Positions 20,795 to 29,844 of a stretch of DNA of 64,000 nt are shown here, piece after piece (within the stretch, counting starts at the first letter, position 1; the number at the start of each line of letters is the position of its first letter). This DNA comes from Nitrospirota bacterium (GTDB lineage: Bacteria; Nitrospirota; Thermodesulfovibrionia; Thermodesulfovibrionales; UBA9159). The stretch is taken from positions 320,001-384,000 of the forward strand of contig CAVOUE010000005.1 of the NCBI GenBank assembly GCA_963699545.1. Reading direction: 5' to 3'. The translations under genes were made by a program, and so were the position numbers. The notes under the pieces are model-generated. The model had not been told where the DNA came from and ran no database searches. It saw nothing but the letters and a program-made list of their open reading frames with translations.

Positions 20795-22165
20795 ATGAGA
20801 AAGCATTTGGTCAGAGTTCTTTTGCCGCTGGCAGCCAGCATCCTGTTCGCCTCTGTAGTCCATGCGGAAACCAAGTTCGACTACGGCGCAGACTTCAGGC
20901 TCAGGCAGGAGATCTGGGACGACGTGGTGACCCTCGGTGCAACCACATCAGGAAGCGGTGCTGACAGGAACTTCCTTCGCCTCAGGACACGACTTTGGGG
21001 GAAGGCAGACTTCAGTAATGATCTTGGCTCCTATTTGAGACTCACGAATGAAATGAAATGGTACGGATTTGGGCCATATAAGGCCTTCAAGACCAATCCC
21101 AACAACGATGACTTTGATCCCGATGAGCTCATCGTCGACAACTTTTATTTTGACGTGAAGAATCTCTTCGGCGCTGTTGACATCAGGATCGGGCGGCAGG
21201 ACTTCATCGGTTCCTATGGCGAGGGGTTCCTGATCATGGACGGCACACCAGGCGACGGCTCAAGGTCGTTCTACTTTAACGCCGCAAAGGTGAATGTGAA
21301 GGTGAGCCAGAACTTCAATTTCGATCTGACCTATATCACCGACCCGAGCACGGATATCTACATGCCTTCGATTCACCCGTCGGTCACAGGCGGGTCGTAT
21401 GTCGACAACAAGAAGCTGCTCAACGCTTCCAACGAACAGGCCTTTGTCCTCTATGGGAGGGGAAAGATCGACAACCTCGTCGTCGAACCGTACTATATTT
21501 ACAAAACGGAAAAGGCCTTTGCTGCAAATCCGAAGCTCAAATTGAATACCGTCGGTGCCAGAGCGGTCTACTCCTTTGATTCATGGAAAGTGGGCGGTGA
21601 ATTTGCCCACCAGTTCGGAGAATACTCGGGCGGCGTGGACAGGACCGGCAACGGCGGATATATCTTTGTGGGCCGGAAATATGAACAGACAACGTGGAAG
21701 CCTGAGTTCGACCTGAGATTTGTGTACCTCTCCGGCGATGACGCGGGCACCAGCAAGAACGAAACATGGAACCCGCTCTTTTCTAGGAACCCATACTGGA
21801 ATGAGCTCATCATTTATACCCTCATACCGGAAACAGGCAAGTTCGGCGGCGCCATCCCCGGCTACTGGACGAATATGGAGATACTCAAGGCAACTGCCAA
21901 GCTGAACTTCACGCCGGCCACGAACCTTGCCCTGGCGCTGCAGTACCTCTGGGCTCCGGAGAAGACGGTCGGCCTTGCCCCGGCGGCCATGTTCTCGAAC
22001 GACGGCACTGACCGTGGCTTTCTCCCCACGGCAATCTTGAGCCACAAGTTCACAAAGAACCTCGATGGTATGGTGCAGCTTGAATACTTTATGCCGGGAA
22101 ATTTCTATGCTGACAGCGCTCACAACGCTCTCTTCTTCAGGTGGCAGCTCAACTACAAGCTCTAA
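20795..22165 (+). CDS. Outer-membrane beta-barrel protein (alginate export/porin family)
   Basis: Signal peptide, RLRTRL, IGRQD, YLSGDD and a C-terminal aromatic beta strand. Confidence 0.8.
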   Translation: MRKHLVRVLLPLAASILFASVVHAETKFDYGADFRLRQEIWDDVVTLGATTSGSGADRNFLRLRTRLWGKADFSNDLGSYLRLTNEMKWYGFGPYKAFKTNPNNDDFDPDELIVDNFYFDVKNLFGAVDIRIGRQDFIGSYGEGFLIMDGTPGDGSRSFYFNAAKVNVKVSQNFNFDLTYITDPSTDIYMPSIHPSVTGGSYVDNKKLLNASNEQAFVLYGRGKIDNLVVEPYYIYKTEKAFAANPKLKLNTVGARAVYSFDSWKVGGEFAHQFGEYSGGVDRTGNGGYIFVGRKYEQTTWKPEFDLRFVYLSGDDAGTSKNETWNPLFSRNPYWNELIIYTLIPETGKFGGAIPGYWTNMEILKATAKLNFTPATNLALALQYLWAPEKTVGLAPAAMFSNDGTDRGFLPTAILSHKFTKNLDGMVQLEYFMPGNFYADSAHNALFFRWQLNYKL

Positions 22166-22190
22166 GATCTCATTCTTAAAGAAGTGTAAT

Positions 22191-22221
22191 AAAAACCCCT
22201 GCCGAACCGGCGGGGGTTTTT
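22191..22221. terminator. Rho-independent terminator, bidirectional-looking
   Basis: AAAAACCCCTGCCG-AAC-CGGCGGGGGTTTTT. Confidence 0.85.
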
Positions 22222-22261
22222 ATTTATGGTAAGATAGAATCAAAACTTGAGGAGGATATTC

Positions 22262-22621
22262 ATGAAGCTACTCAGCGTCGTGACAGCCGCCTTTGCCGTA
22301 TCGGTCCTTCTTTCGTCTTCTTCCCTCTTTGCAAAAGATGCTCCCGTGGAACAATCAGGCGAGCAGTTATTTAAGGAGCATTGCTCCGCGTGCCATCCGA
22401 ACGGCGGGAATATCCTGAGTCCGCAAAAAACCCTGTCCAGGAAAGACCGCGAAGCGAACAACATTAAAACATCCGACGATATCATAAGGAAGATGAGGAA
22501 CCCGGGGCCCTCCCCCACCCATCCCCAGGAGTGGGCAGGCATGAAGATATTTGACCAGAAGACAGTATCAGATGGGGATGCCCGGAAGATCGCCGACTAC
22601 ATTCTTAAGACTTTTCAGTAA
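22262..22621 (+). CDS. Periplasmic monoheme cytochrome c (c6/c553-like)
   Basis: Signal peptide, CSACH..GGN, distal Met (AGMKIF). Confidence 0.85.
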   Translation: MKLLSVVTAAFAVSVLLSSSSLFAKDAPVEQSGEQLFKEHCSACHPNGGNILSPQKTLSRKDREANNIKTSDDIIRKMRNPGPSPTHPQEWAGMKIFDQKTVSDGDARKIADYILKTFQ

Positions 22622-22648
22622 GATGGTCCTCTGAAGAAAGCGCAGAGA

Positions 22649-23629
22649 CTACCACCTGATCAGCGCGGAGGCCCAGGTGAGACCGCCGCCGAAGGCCTCC
22701 AGAAGCAGGTAATCGCCATTCCTGACCTTCCCGCCCTTCACCGCCTCATCGAGGGCAATGGGAATAGAAGCCGCTGACGTATTCCCGTATCTGTCGAGGT
22801 TGATCATCACTTTTTCCATGGGGAGACCCAGCCTCCTGGCCGTGGCCTGTATTATCCGGAGATTGGCCTGGTGGGGTATGAGGAGGGCGATGTCCGAGGC
22901 CTTCAGTTTGTTCTCCTTCAGGCTTTCCACCACAAGACTCTCCAGAGTCCTCACCGCCACCTTGAAGGTCTCGTTCCCCTTCATCTTGATAAAGTGAAGC
23001 CTTTTCTTCACTGTCTCCTTCGAAGCGGGATTCCTGGACCCGCCGCCGGGTGTGTGAAGCAGCTCCCACAAACTTCCGTCAGAATGGATCTTTGTCGAGA
23101 CGATGCCACGGTCTTCTTCCGTTGCCTCAAGCACAACAGCACCTGCGCCGTCCCCGAACAGAACACAGGTAGTCCTCTCTTCCCAGTCAGTGAACTTCGT
23201 GAGCACCTCGGCCCCCACTACAAGGATCCTCCGGTATGTCCCGCTCAGTATATAGGCATTGGCAACGGAAAGACCGAAGATGAAACCTGAGCATGCAGCA
23301 TTCACGTCAAAGGCGGCCGCCTTTTTCGCCTCCAGTTTATCCTGAAGGATACAGGCAGTTGCAGGCAACGGCATATCCCCCGAAACCGAGGCAACAATGA
23401 TGAGCTCTATATCCTTCGCCTTGAGGCCGGCGCTCTTCAGAGCCGCTCTTGATGCTCCAAACGCGAGATCTGACGCGGCCTGTTTTTCGGTAGAGATCCT
23501 CCGTTCCTTGATCCCTGTCCTCTCGATAATCCAATCGTCCGACGTGTCCACCATCTTTTCGAGGTCATGATTGCTGAGGATGGTCTCCGGCACGTATGAA
23601 CCTGTTCCGATTATCCTAGCCCTGAGCAC
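22649..23629 (-). CDS. fabH: 3-oxoacyl-ACP synthase III
   Basis: AACSGF, PHQANLRI, GNTSAAS. Confidence 0.95.
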   Translation of the reverse strand: MLRARIIGTGSYVPETILSNHDLEKMVDTSDDWIIERTGIKERRISTEKQAASDLAFGASRAALKSAGLKAKDIELIIVASVSGDMPLPATACILQDKLEAKKAAAFDVNAACSGFIFGLSVANAYILSGTYRRILVVGAEVLTKFTDWEERTTCVLFGDGAGAVVLEATEEDRGIVSTKIHSDGSLWELLHTPGGGSRNPASKETVKKRLHFIKMKGNETFKVAVRTLESLVVESLKENKLKASDIALLIPHQANLRIIQATARRLGLPMEKVMINLDRYGNTSAASIPIALDEAVKGGKVRNGDYLLLEAFGGGLTWASALIRW

Positions 23630-24626
23630 TCTTCCCTCCGCTCTTTATTCCCTCCCTGATGATCTCATGCACCTTCTTTCTCGAGAACTCCGCGGCAGCC
23701 TTTATCGCATTCCTGATGGCCTTCGCGGAAGACCTCCCGTGACTGATAATACAGGTTCCATTGATCCCGAGCAACGGCGCGCCCCCGTATTCGGCATAAT
23801 CTGTCTTCCTCCTGAAATTCCTGAGGGCAGGTTTCATCAGGAGATACCCTATACGACCGGTCGTTATGTCTGCGATCTCCCTCTTCAGCATCTTCAGGAT
23901 CACCTCGGCAAGACCCTCGCTTGTCTTAAGCACGATATTTCCGATGAAACCATCGCAAACCACCACATCGGCGTGCCCCGTGAAGATATCCTTGCCTTCG
24001 ATGTTCCCTATGAACCGTATCCCGCCATCTCTGAGCAGCTTGAACGCCTCTTTCGTGAGCACGTTGCCCTTGGTATCCTCTTCCCCGATGCTCAGGAGCG
24101 CGATCTTCGGCTGAGGATTGTTCAGCATGGTCTTGCAGTATGCATCACCCATGAGTGCGAACTGGAGGAGGTTCTCGGGACTGCAGTCCACATTGGCGCC
24201 TGCATCGATCAGCACAAAGGGGCCTTTGATGGTGGGCATCATGGTAGCAATAGCGGGTCGGTGGACGCCCTCGGAAGTGCCGAGCATGAAAAGGGCCATC
24301 GCCATAGCAACCCCTGAATGGCCTGCGCTCACCACGGCGTCGGCCTCACGGTTCTTTACCAGCTCGATCGCCCTTTTGATGGAAGAATCCTTCTTTTTTC
24401 TTATGGCGGCGACGGCAGGTTCATCCATCCCCACAACCTGCGACGCATGCCGGATATAAAGCCTGGTCGGCGGGTACCTCTTACCGGAAAGTTCCCTCTT
24501 TATCGAAGGTTCATCGCCCACAAGGGCGATTTCGATATCTTCACTTTCATTGACCGTCTCAACTGCGCCCTCGACAGTAACCGCAGGGGCAAAGTCACCC
24601 CCCATCGCATCAAGAGCAATTCTCAT
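23616..24626 (-). CDS. plsX: Phosphate acyltransferase
   Basis: ALDAMGGDFAP and CDGFIGN..LKTSEG. Confidence 0.95.
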   Translation of the reverse strand: MRIALDAMGGDFAPAVTVEGAVETVNESEDIEIALVGDEPSIKRELSGKRYPPTRLYIRHASQVVGMDEPAVAAIRKKKDSSIKRAIELVKNREADAVVSAGHSGVAMAMALFMLGTSEGVHRPAIATMMPTIKGPFVLIDAGANVDCSPENLLQFALMGDAYCKTMLNNPQPKIALLSIGEEDTKGNVLTKEAFKLLRDGGIRFIGNIEGKDIFTGHADVVVCDGFIGNIVLKTSEGLAEVILKMLKREIADITTGRIGYLLMKPALRNFRRKTDYAEYGGAPLLGINGTCIISHGRSSAKAIRNAIKAAAEFSRKKVHEIIREGIKSGGKSAQG

Positions 24627-24808
24627 CCCTTCTCGACTATTTCAAGAACCTTGCGTCCGTCATAAGAGCCGCAACTCAAACAGACCCTGTGGGACTCCTT
24701 CGTCTCTTTGCACTGAGGGCATACACTGAGATTCGGCATCTGGCCCTTCCAGTTCGCCCTTCTCTTGTCTCTCCTTGTCCTCGTATGTCTGTGCGTTGGA
24801 TTTGCCAC
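24623..24808 (-). CDS. rpmF: 50S ribosomal protein L32
   Basis: Basic N-terminus, CPQC..HRVCLSCG; position between yceD and plsX. Confidence 0.95.
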   Translation of the reverse strand: MANPTHRHTRTRRDKRRANWKGQMPNLSVCPQCKETKESHRVCLSCGSYDGRKVLEIVEKG

Positions 24809-24811
24809 GTC

Positions 24812-25321
24812 TTACTCCTTTCTCTCCAGAAGTTTTTTCAATACTTCAAGCCTTGGATCCGGTTCCCTGTGCTCACAATTGCATGCCTTCGCGTTCAGAT
24901 CGGCACCGCATTTCGGGCATATGCCCTTGCATGCATCGCTGCAGAGGGGTTTCATCGGCACATTCAAGAGTATCTGCTCCATAACAAGATCATCCACGTC
25001 AAGTTCATCCCCCTGATAGAACCCCAGGTCAAGCTCGTCATCCTTGATCTCATGCCTTTCATCACCCTTGAGTTCCTCAGCCGGATGGTAGACCACATTG
25101 ACCATGACATCCATATCCTGAGGGAAACTCTTCAGGCATCTGCTGCACTGAAGCTCAACCCTGGTCTTTACCTCCCCTTTCGCAAGCACTTCCGCGCCGA
25201 ACTTGTCGACCCTGAGGGCTGCCCTGACAGGGGAGAGAAGGGACAATGACTCAGACCGGACGGTCTCTTCAAATTCCAGGTCAAGTCCCTCCTCGGTGAT
25301 GTCAGATACCAGTATCTTCAT
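24812..25321 (-). CDS. yceD: DUF177/YceD family protein
   Basis: CSRCL, PMKPLC..CKGICPKCG and DPRL; start reassigned to MKILV. Confidence 0.9.
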   Translation of the reverse strand: MKILVSDITEEGLDLEFEETVRSESLSLLSPVRAALRVDKFGAEVLAKGEVKTRVELQCSRCLKSFPQDMDVMVNVVYHPAEELKGDERHEIKDDELDLGFYQGDELDVDDLVMEQILLNVPMKPLCSDACKGICPKCGADLNAKACNCEHREPDPRLEVLKKLLERKE

Positions 25322-25511
25322 TTTAAGAGACCATATTAAGCTGGGTATTATAACAAAATCCATCGCAGTCTTGTCAATCGATGAAGGAGCGAAAGCCGCG
25401 AAGGGCAAATATTTTTTTTGTGTTTCCACGGGAAACGGGGCAAGTCGGGAAAAGGGTTCGGCTGCCGCAAGAACAGACAATAAGGTTTCCTGATAGCTGC
25501 ATAATATTTCC

Positions 25512-25552
25512 TTGACATGCCCCATATGTTCTGATACCATTTGCCATATGGG
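25512..25552 (+). promoter_or_regulatory. Sigma70 promoter of the hydrogenase operon overlapped by an inverted repeat
   Basis: TTGACA(25512)-N17-TACCAT(25535) with extended TG; CCCATATG(25521)-N16-CATATGGG(25545). Confidence 0.6.
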
Positions 25553-25653
25553 AGGAGAGGGGGTTTTTCTTTCGGTACACAACGTTTTCCCGGCATAATA
25601 ACAAGATCCCCTCTTATGGTTTAAAAATCTTATTTAATGGAGGTGAGTCACCT

Positions 25654-26739
25654 ATGAGTAAGATCAAGGATGACACAGACAGTATCTGGACCAGTCTGGC
25701 GAAAAAGGGGGTAACCAGAAGGGACTTCGTCAAGTTCTGCACGGCCATGGCCGCCACCCTGGCCCTTCCCTCGAGCTTTGTCCCGAGGATCGTCGAAGCC
25801 CTCGAGAAGAAGCAGAAACCCTATGCGGTCTGGCTTGAGTTCCAGGATTGCTGCGGGGATTCCGAATCCATGCTTCGGGCAACGAAGCCGACCATCGCAG
25901 AGGTCGTTTTGGACGTCATCTCCCTTGAGTACCACGAGACCATCATGGCGGGTTCAGGAAAACAGGCGGAAAAGGCCCTCATGGACGTGGTCAAGAACCA
26001 GAAAGGCAAGTATATCGCCATCGTCGAGGGAGCGATCCCCATGAAGGACGGAGGGATTTACTGCACCATCGGCGGCAGATCCGCACTTGACATTGCCAAG
26101 GAAGTCTGCGGGAATGCGGCCATGACACTGGCCGTGGGATCATGCTCCAGCTGGGGAGGAATTGCCAGCGCAAAACCTAATCCCACAGGTGCGGTCGGAA
26201 TAGGGGCTGCGGTCCCCGGCATCACCTATGTGAACCTGCCCGGCTGCCCGATGAACGTCGAGAACGTGACTGCCACCGTGGTCCACTACCTCACGTTCGG
26301 CTCTCTGCCCGCCCTTGATGGCGAGCACCGTCCGCTTTTCGCCCATGGAAAGATCATTCATAATAATTGCGAGAGAAGGCCGCACTTTGATGCAGGCCAG
26401 TTTGTGAGGAAATGGGGCGACGAAGGGCACAGAAAAGGCTGGTGCCTCTATGAGATGGGCTGCAAGGGGCCCGAGGCGCACTTTAATTGCCCCACGATAC
26501 GGTGGAACGGAGGAACGAGTTGGCCTGTACAGGCAGGACATCCCTGCTTTGCATGTGCCAGCACCAACAACTGGGATGCCTTCGGACCTATTTACAGCAG
26601 GCTTGAGAACGTGCCGGGAGCCGGATATCAGACCACTGCCGACAAGATCGGGGCCACTGTTGCCGCAGTTGCAGCAGCCGGTGTGGCTGCGCATGCGGTG
26701 ATCCGTGCAGCAAAAGGGAAACCGGACAAAGAAGAGTAA
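25654..26739 (+). CDS. hyaA: Group 1 [NiFe]-hydrogenase small subunit (Tat-exported, C-terminal membrane anchor)
   Basis: TRRDFVK Tat motif; DCCGDSES, GSCSSWGG, PGCP, HNNC, CLYEMGCKGP, HPCFAC; terminal TM helix with His. Confidence 0.95.
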   Translation: MSKIKDDTDSIWTSLAKKGVTRRDFVKFCTAMAATLALPSSFVPRIVEALEKKQKPYAVWLEFQDCCGDSESMLRATKPTIAEVVLDVISLEYHETIMAGSGKQAEKALMDVVKNQKGKYIAIVEGAIPMKDGGIYCTIGGRSALDIAKEVCGNAAMTLAVGSCSSWGGIASAKPNPTGAVGIGAAVPGITYVNLPGCPMNVENVTATVVHYLTFGSLPALDGEHRPLFAHGKIIHNNCERRPHFDAGQFVRKWGDEGHRKGWCLYEMGCKGPEAHFNCPTIRWNGGTSWPVQAGHPCFACASTNNWDAFGPIYSRLENVPGAGYQTTADKIGATVAAVAAAGVAAHAVIRAAKGKPDKEE

Positions 26740-26768
26740 GAATAAAAACGATAGAAGGAGGCTAGAGC

Positions 26769-28478
26769 ATGGCAAAAATAGCGATTGATCCCATCACACG
26801 GATTGAAGGACACCTGAGGATCGAGGCACAGGTGGACGGCGGCAAGGTCACTGATGCATGGTCATCCGGCACCATGTGGCGAGGCATCGAGATCATTCTG
26901 AAAGGGAGGGATCCGAGGGAGTGCTGGGCGCTCACCTCGCGAATATGAGGGGTCTGAACAACGGTCCACGCACAGTGCTCCGTGAGAGCCGTGGAAAATG
27001 CCTTAGGGATTACGATAACCGATAACGCAAGGATCATCAGGAACATCATCAATGGTATTCAGTATGTTCAGGACCATGTAATACATTTCTATCACCTGCA
27101 CGCCCTTGACTGGGTCGATGTGGTCAGCGCCCTGAAGGCCGACCCCGCAAAGACAGCGGCCCTTGCCCAGTCCATTTCCGACTGGCCGAACTCTTCACCG
27201 ACTTACTTTAAGGCGGTCCACGGAAAGGTGAAGACGCTTGTAGAGAGCGGTCAGCTCGGCATCTTTGCCAGCGGATACTGGGGACATCCGGCATACAAGC
27301 TTCCGCCTGAGGCGAATCTCATGGCGGTTGCCCATTATCTGGAAGCCCTGGACTGGCAGCGTGATGTAATAAGGATGCAGGCGATGCTCGGCGCCAAGAA
27401 CCCCCACCCGCAGACGTGGCTGGTGGGTGGTATGGCCATCCCCATTGACCCCAATAGTCAGAATGCCATCAACGCAGGAAGCATCGCCCTCATGAAGGAC
27501 CTGGCGAAGAAGGCCCTTGCCTTTGTTGAGAAGGTCTATATCCCCGATCTCCTCGCGGTTGCGTCCTTCTATAAGGATTGGGCGGCGATCGGTGGCGGTG
27601 TGGGGAATTATCTCTCCTACGGCGAGTTCCAGAACGACAATGTGAGCAATACCACAAACGTCTGGCTTCCTGGTGGAGTCATCAGGAACAAGAACCTGGC
27701 CAAGGTCGAGCCCGTTGACCAGAAGCAGGTCACTGAAGACGTTGCACATGCCTGGTATAAATATGCGGACGGTGATGACAAGGCAAAGCATCCATGGGAC
27801 GGCGAGACCACCCCCAACTATACCGGTCCGAAACCGCCCTATGAATTCCTTGATACCAATAAAAAGTACACCTGGGTCAAGGGTATCCGGTACAACGGAA
27901 TGTCCACCGAGGTGGGGCCGCTTTCGAGGATGCTCATCGCGTACGCATCGGGACATAAGCGTGTCAAAGAAGTTGTCGGGCTTGTGCTCAGCAAATTGGG
28001 CGTCGGGCCCGCCGCATTGTTCTCTACCCTTGGCCGCACCGCTGCGAGGGGCATAGAGACCCTTGTGACCGCAGAGATGCTCCCGGTCTGGATCGATGAC
28101 CTGGCGGCCAAGATCAAGAGCGGAGATATTCGTATCCATAATAACGAGAAGTGGGACCCGTCCACCTGGCCGAAGGAGGCAAAAGGGTTCGGCTTCCACG
28201 AGGCACCCCGCGGTGCCCTTGGCCACTGGGTAGTGATAAAGGACGGTAAGGTCGCCAACTACCAGTGTGTCGTCCCGGGCGGGTGGAACTCTTCCCCCAG
28301 AGATGCAAAGGGTCAGAGGGGCCCGTACGAAGCAGCTCTTATGGACACCCCGATCAAGGACCCCAATAAGCCGCTGGAAGTCTTGAGGACGATCCATTCC
28401 TTCGACCCGTGCATGGCGTGTGCGATCCATGTAGTAGACACCAACATGGATGAGATCATAAAAGTCAGGGTGGTATAG
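26769..28478 (+). CDS. hyaB: Group 1 hydrogenase large subunit, 569 aa, with two in-frame TGA codons (codons 60 and 63, putative selenocysteines) at the L1 motif
   Basis: ATG 26769 after [21 protein letters not shown] and RI(TGA)GV(TGA)TTVH are in frame with ORF 26982-28478; L2 motif [11 protein letters not shown] plus a cleavable tail. Confidence 0.92.
26961..26995 (+). promoter_or_regulatory. Candidate bacterial SECIS element(s) immediately 3' of the two UGA codons
   Basis: TCCACG(26965-70) pairs with CGTGGA(26990-95); inner GCTC/GAGC stem with a CGUGA loop; alternative ACGGT/GCCGT stem. Folded by eye only. Confidence 0.5.
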
Positions 28479-28487
28479 GAGGCAGAC

Positions 28488-29130
28488 ATGTTAAAAAAGG
28501 TGTATGTCTGGGAGTTTCCTGTAAGGTTGACTCACTGGCTTAACTTCGTGACGATCCTGACGTTGGCAACCACCGGTTTTTACATCGGCGCTCCCTTTAT
28601 CCGGGCCATCAACGAGGACCAGTTGATCATGGCGCAATTCCGGTTCGTCCATTTCGTGGCTGCGTATGTCTTTGCGGTGAGCGTCCTGGTGAGGATCTAC
28701 TGGTGGTTTGCCGGTAACCGGTATTCACGCTGGAACCAGTTCTTGCCGGTGAGCTCTGAGCGGTGGGAGAGCTGTATCGAAACGACCAAGTTCTACTGTT
28801 TTGTCCGTCAGAAATTTCCTGACGTTGCGGGACATACCGGGATCGCGGGAATAACCTATTTCGTGATGTTCATGCTCTTCCTCACCGAGATCGTCACGGG
28901 GTTTGCGCTCTACTCACAGAGTCATGTGGGAAGCTTGTGGACGCGTGCTGGGAGGCTGGCTCTTTGTGATACTCAACCAGGGCGCGGTGCGGCTTATCCA
29001 CCACTGCATCATGTGGGTTATCGCTGTTTTCCTTATCCTCCATATCTACATCGGGTGGCACAATGACATGATAGAGAGGAACGGCCTTATGAGTTCGATC
29101 TTCAGCGGATACAAGTCTCTGAAGGAATAA
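28488..29130 (+). CDS. hyaC: Hydrogenase b-type cytochrome subunit, frameshift near 28945
   Basis: VWEFPVRLTHW, RFVHF, and RLIHH..LHIY in the second frame. Confidence 0.9.
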
Positions 29131-29137
29131 AGGGATA

Positions 29138-29635
29138 TTGACTACTACCGTCTTAGGTCTGGGCAATATCCTGTTACGCGACGAGGGAGTCGGGGTCCAT
29201 GCGGTAAACGCCATCAAGGAACGCTATGCGTTTCCTCCCGATGTGGAGGTCATTGATGGCGGGACACTGGGCCTCGACCTCCTTCCTCTTATCGAAAAAA
29301 GGGACAGGCTCCTCTTTGTGGATGCGGTGGACTTCGGGAAGGAACCCGGCCACGTGGGTGTCATCGATGATGATGCCATCCCCTCTACCCTCATGGCAAA
29401 AATGTCGGTCCACCACATCGGTCTCTCCGACGTGCTCTTTGCCGCAAAACTCCTGGACATAAAACCGGTAAAAGTGCGCCTTATCGGCATTCAGCCGAAG
29501 TCCCTTGAGGTTGGCCTTGATATGACGGAGTGCATCAGTGGTAAAATGGAAGTGATCATCGGCTTGATCCTCGAAACGTTGAAGGAGTGGAACATAGAAT
29601 GTGCCTCGCGGTCCCTTCAGAAATTGTCCGCATAA
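29138..29635 (+). CDS. hyaD: Hydrogenase maturation endopeptidase
   Basis: GLGNILLRDEGVG, DGGT, VDAV, SVHH. Confidence 0.92.
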   Translation: MTTTVLGLGNILLRDEGVGVHAVNAIKERYAFPPDVEVIDGGTLGLDLLPLIEKRDRLLFVDAVDFGKEPGHVGVIDDDAIPSTLMAKMSVHHIGLSDVLFAAKLLDIKPVKVRLIGIQPKSLEVGLDMTECISGKMEVIIGLILETLKEWNIECASRSLQKLSA

Positions 29636-29844
29636 CCGACCTCATGGCCACCATTGATGTGAACGGCGCGAGGAGGGATATCAGCCTCATGCTTCTCCCG
29701 GAAGAAGTTCAGGTGGGAGATTTCGTGATCGTTCACGCGGGCTTTGCCATTCAAAAGATCGACAGGGAGGCCGGCCATGAGGCCCTCCGGCTGATTAAAG
29801 AGCTGGTGGAATCCGAAGAGTTCAAGGCAGAATACATGGAGTGA
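29599..29844 (+). CDS. hypC: Hydrogenase assembly chaperone HypC/HupF
   Basis: MCLAVP and VGDFVIVHAGFAI. Confidence 0.95.
   Translation: MCLAVPSEIVRITDLMATIDVNGARRDISLMLLPEEVQVGDFVIVHAGFAIQKIDREAGHEALRLIKELVESEEFKAEYME

Noticed and set aside
26769-26981. Hydrogenase large subunit as a nonsense pseudogene, or a true start at 26982
   Set aside because: The stops hit only the two ligand Cys codons, the rest of the gene is conserved, and a start at 26982 would delete the essential L1 motif and ignore the RBS at 26769
28400-28430. Canonical [NiFeSe] hydrogenase with Sec in the C-terminal motif
   Set aside because: The L2 motif reads GAC CCG TGC ATG GCG TGT (DPCMAC); both codons are Cys
27195-28430. 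Long antisense ORF (411 aa) and similar ORFs at 11365-12285, 46282-47175 and 48157-49080
   Set aside because: Shadow frames of GC3-rich genes on the opposite strand, with no recognisable motifs
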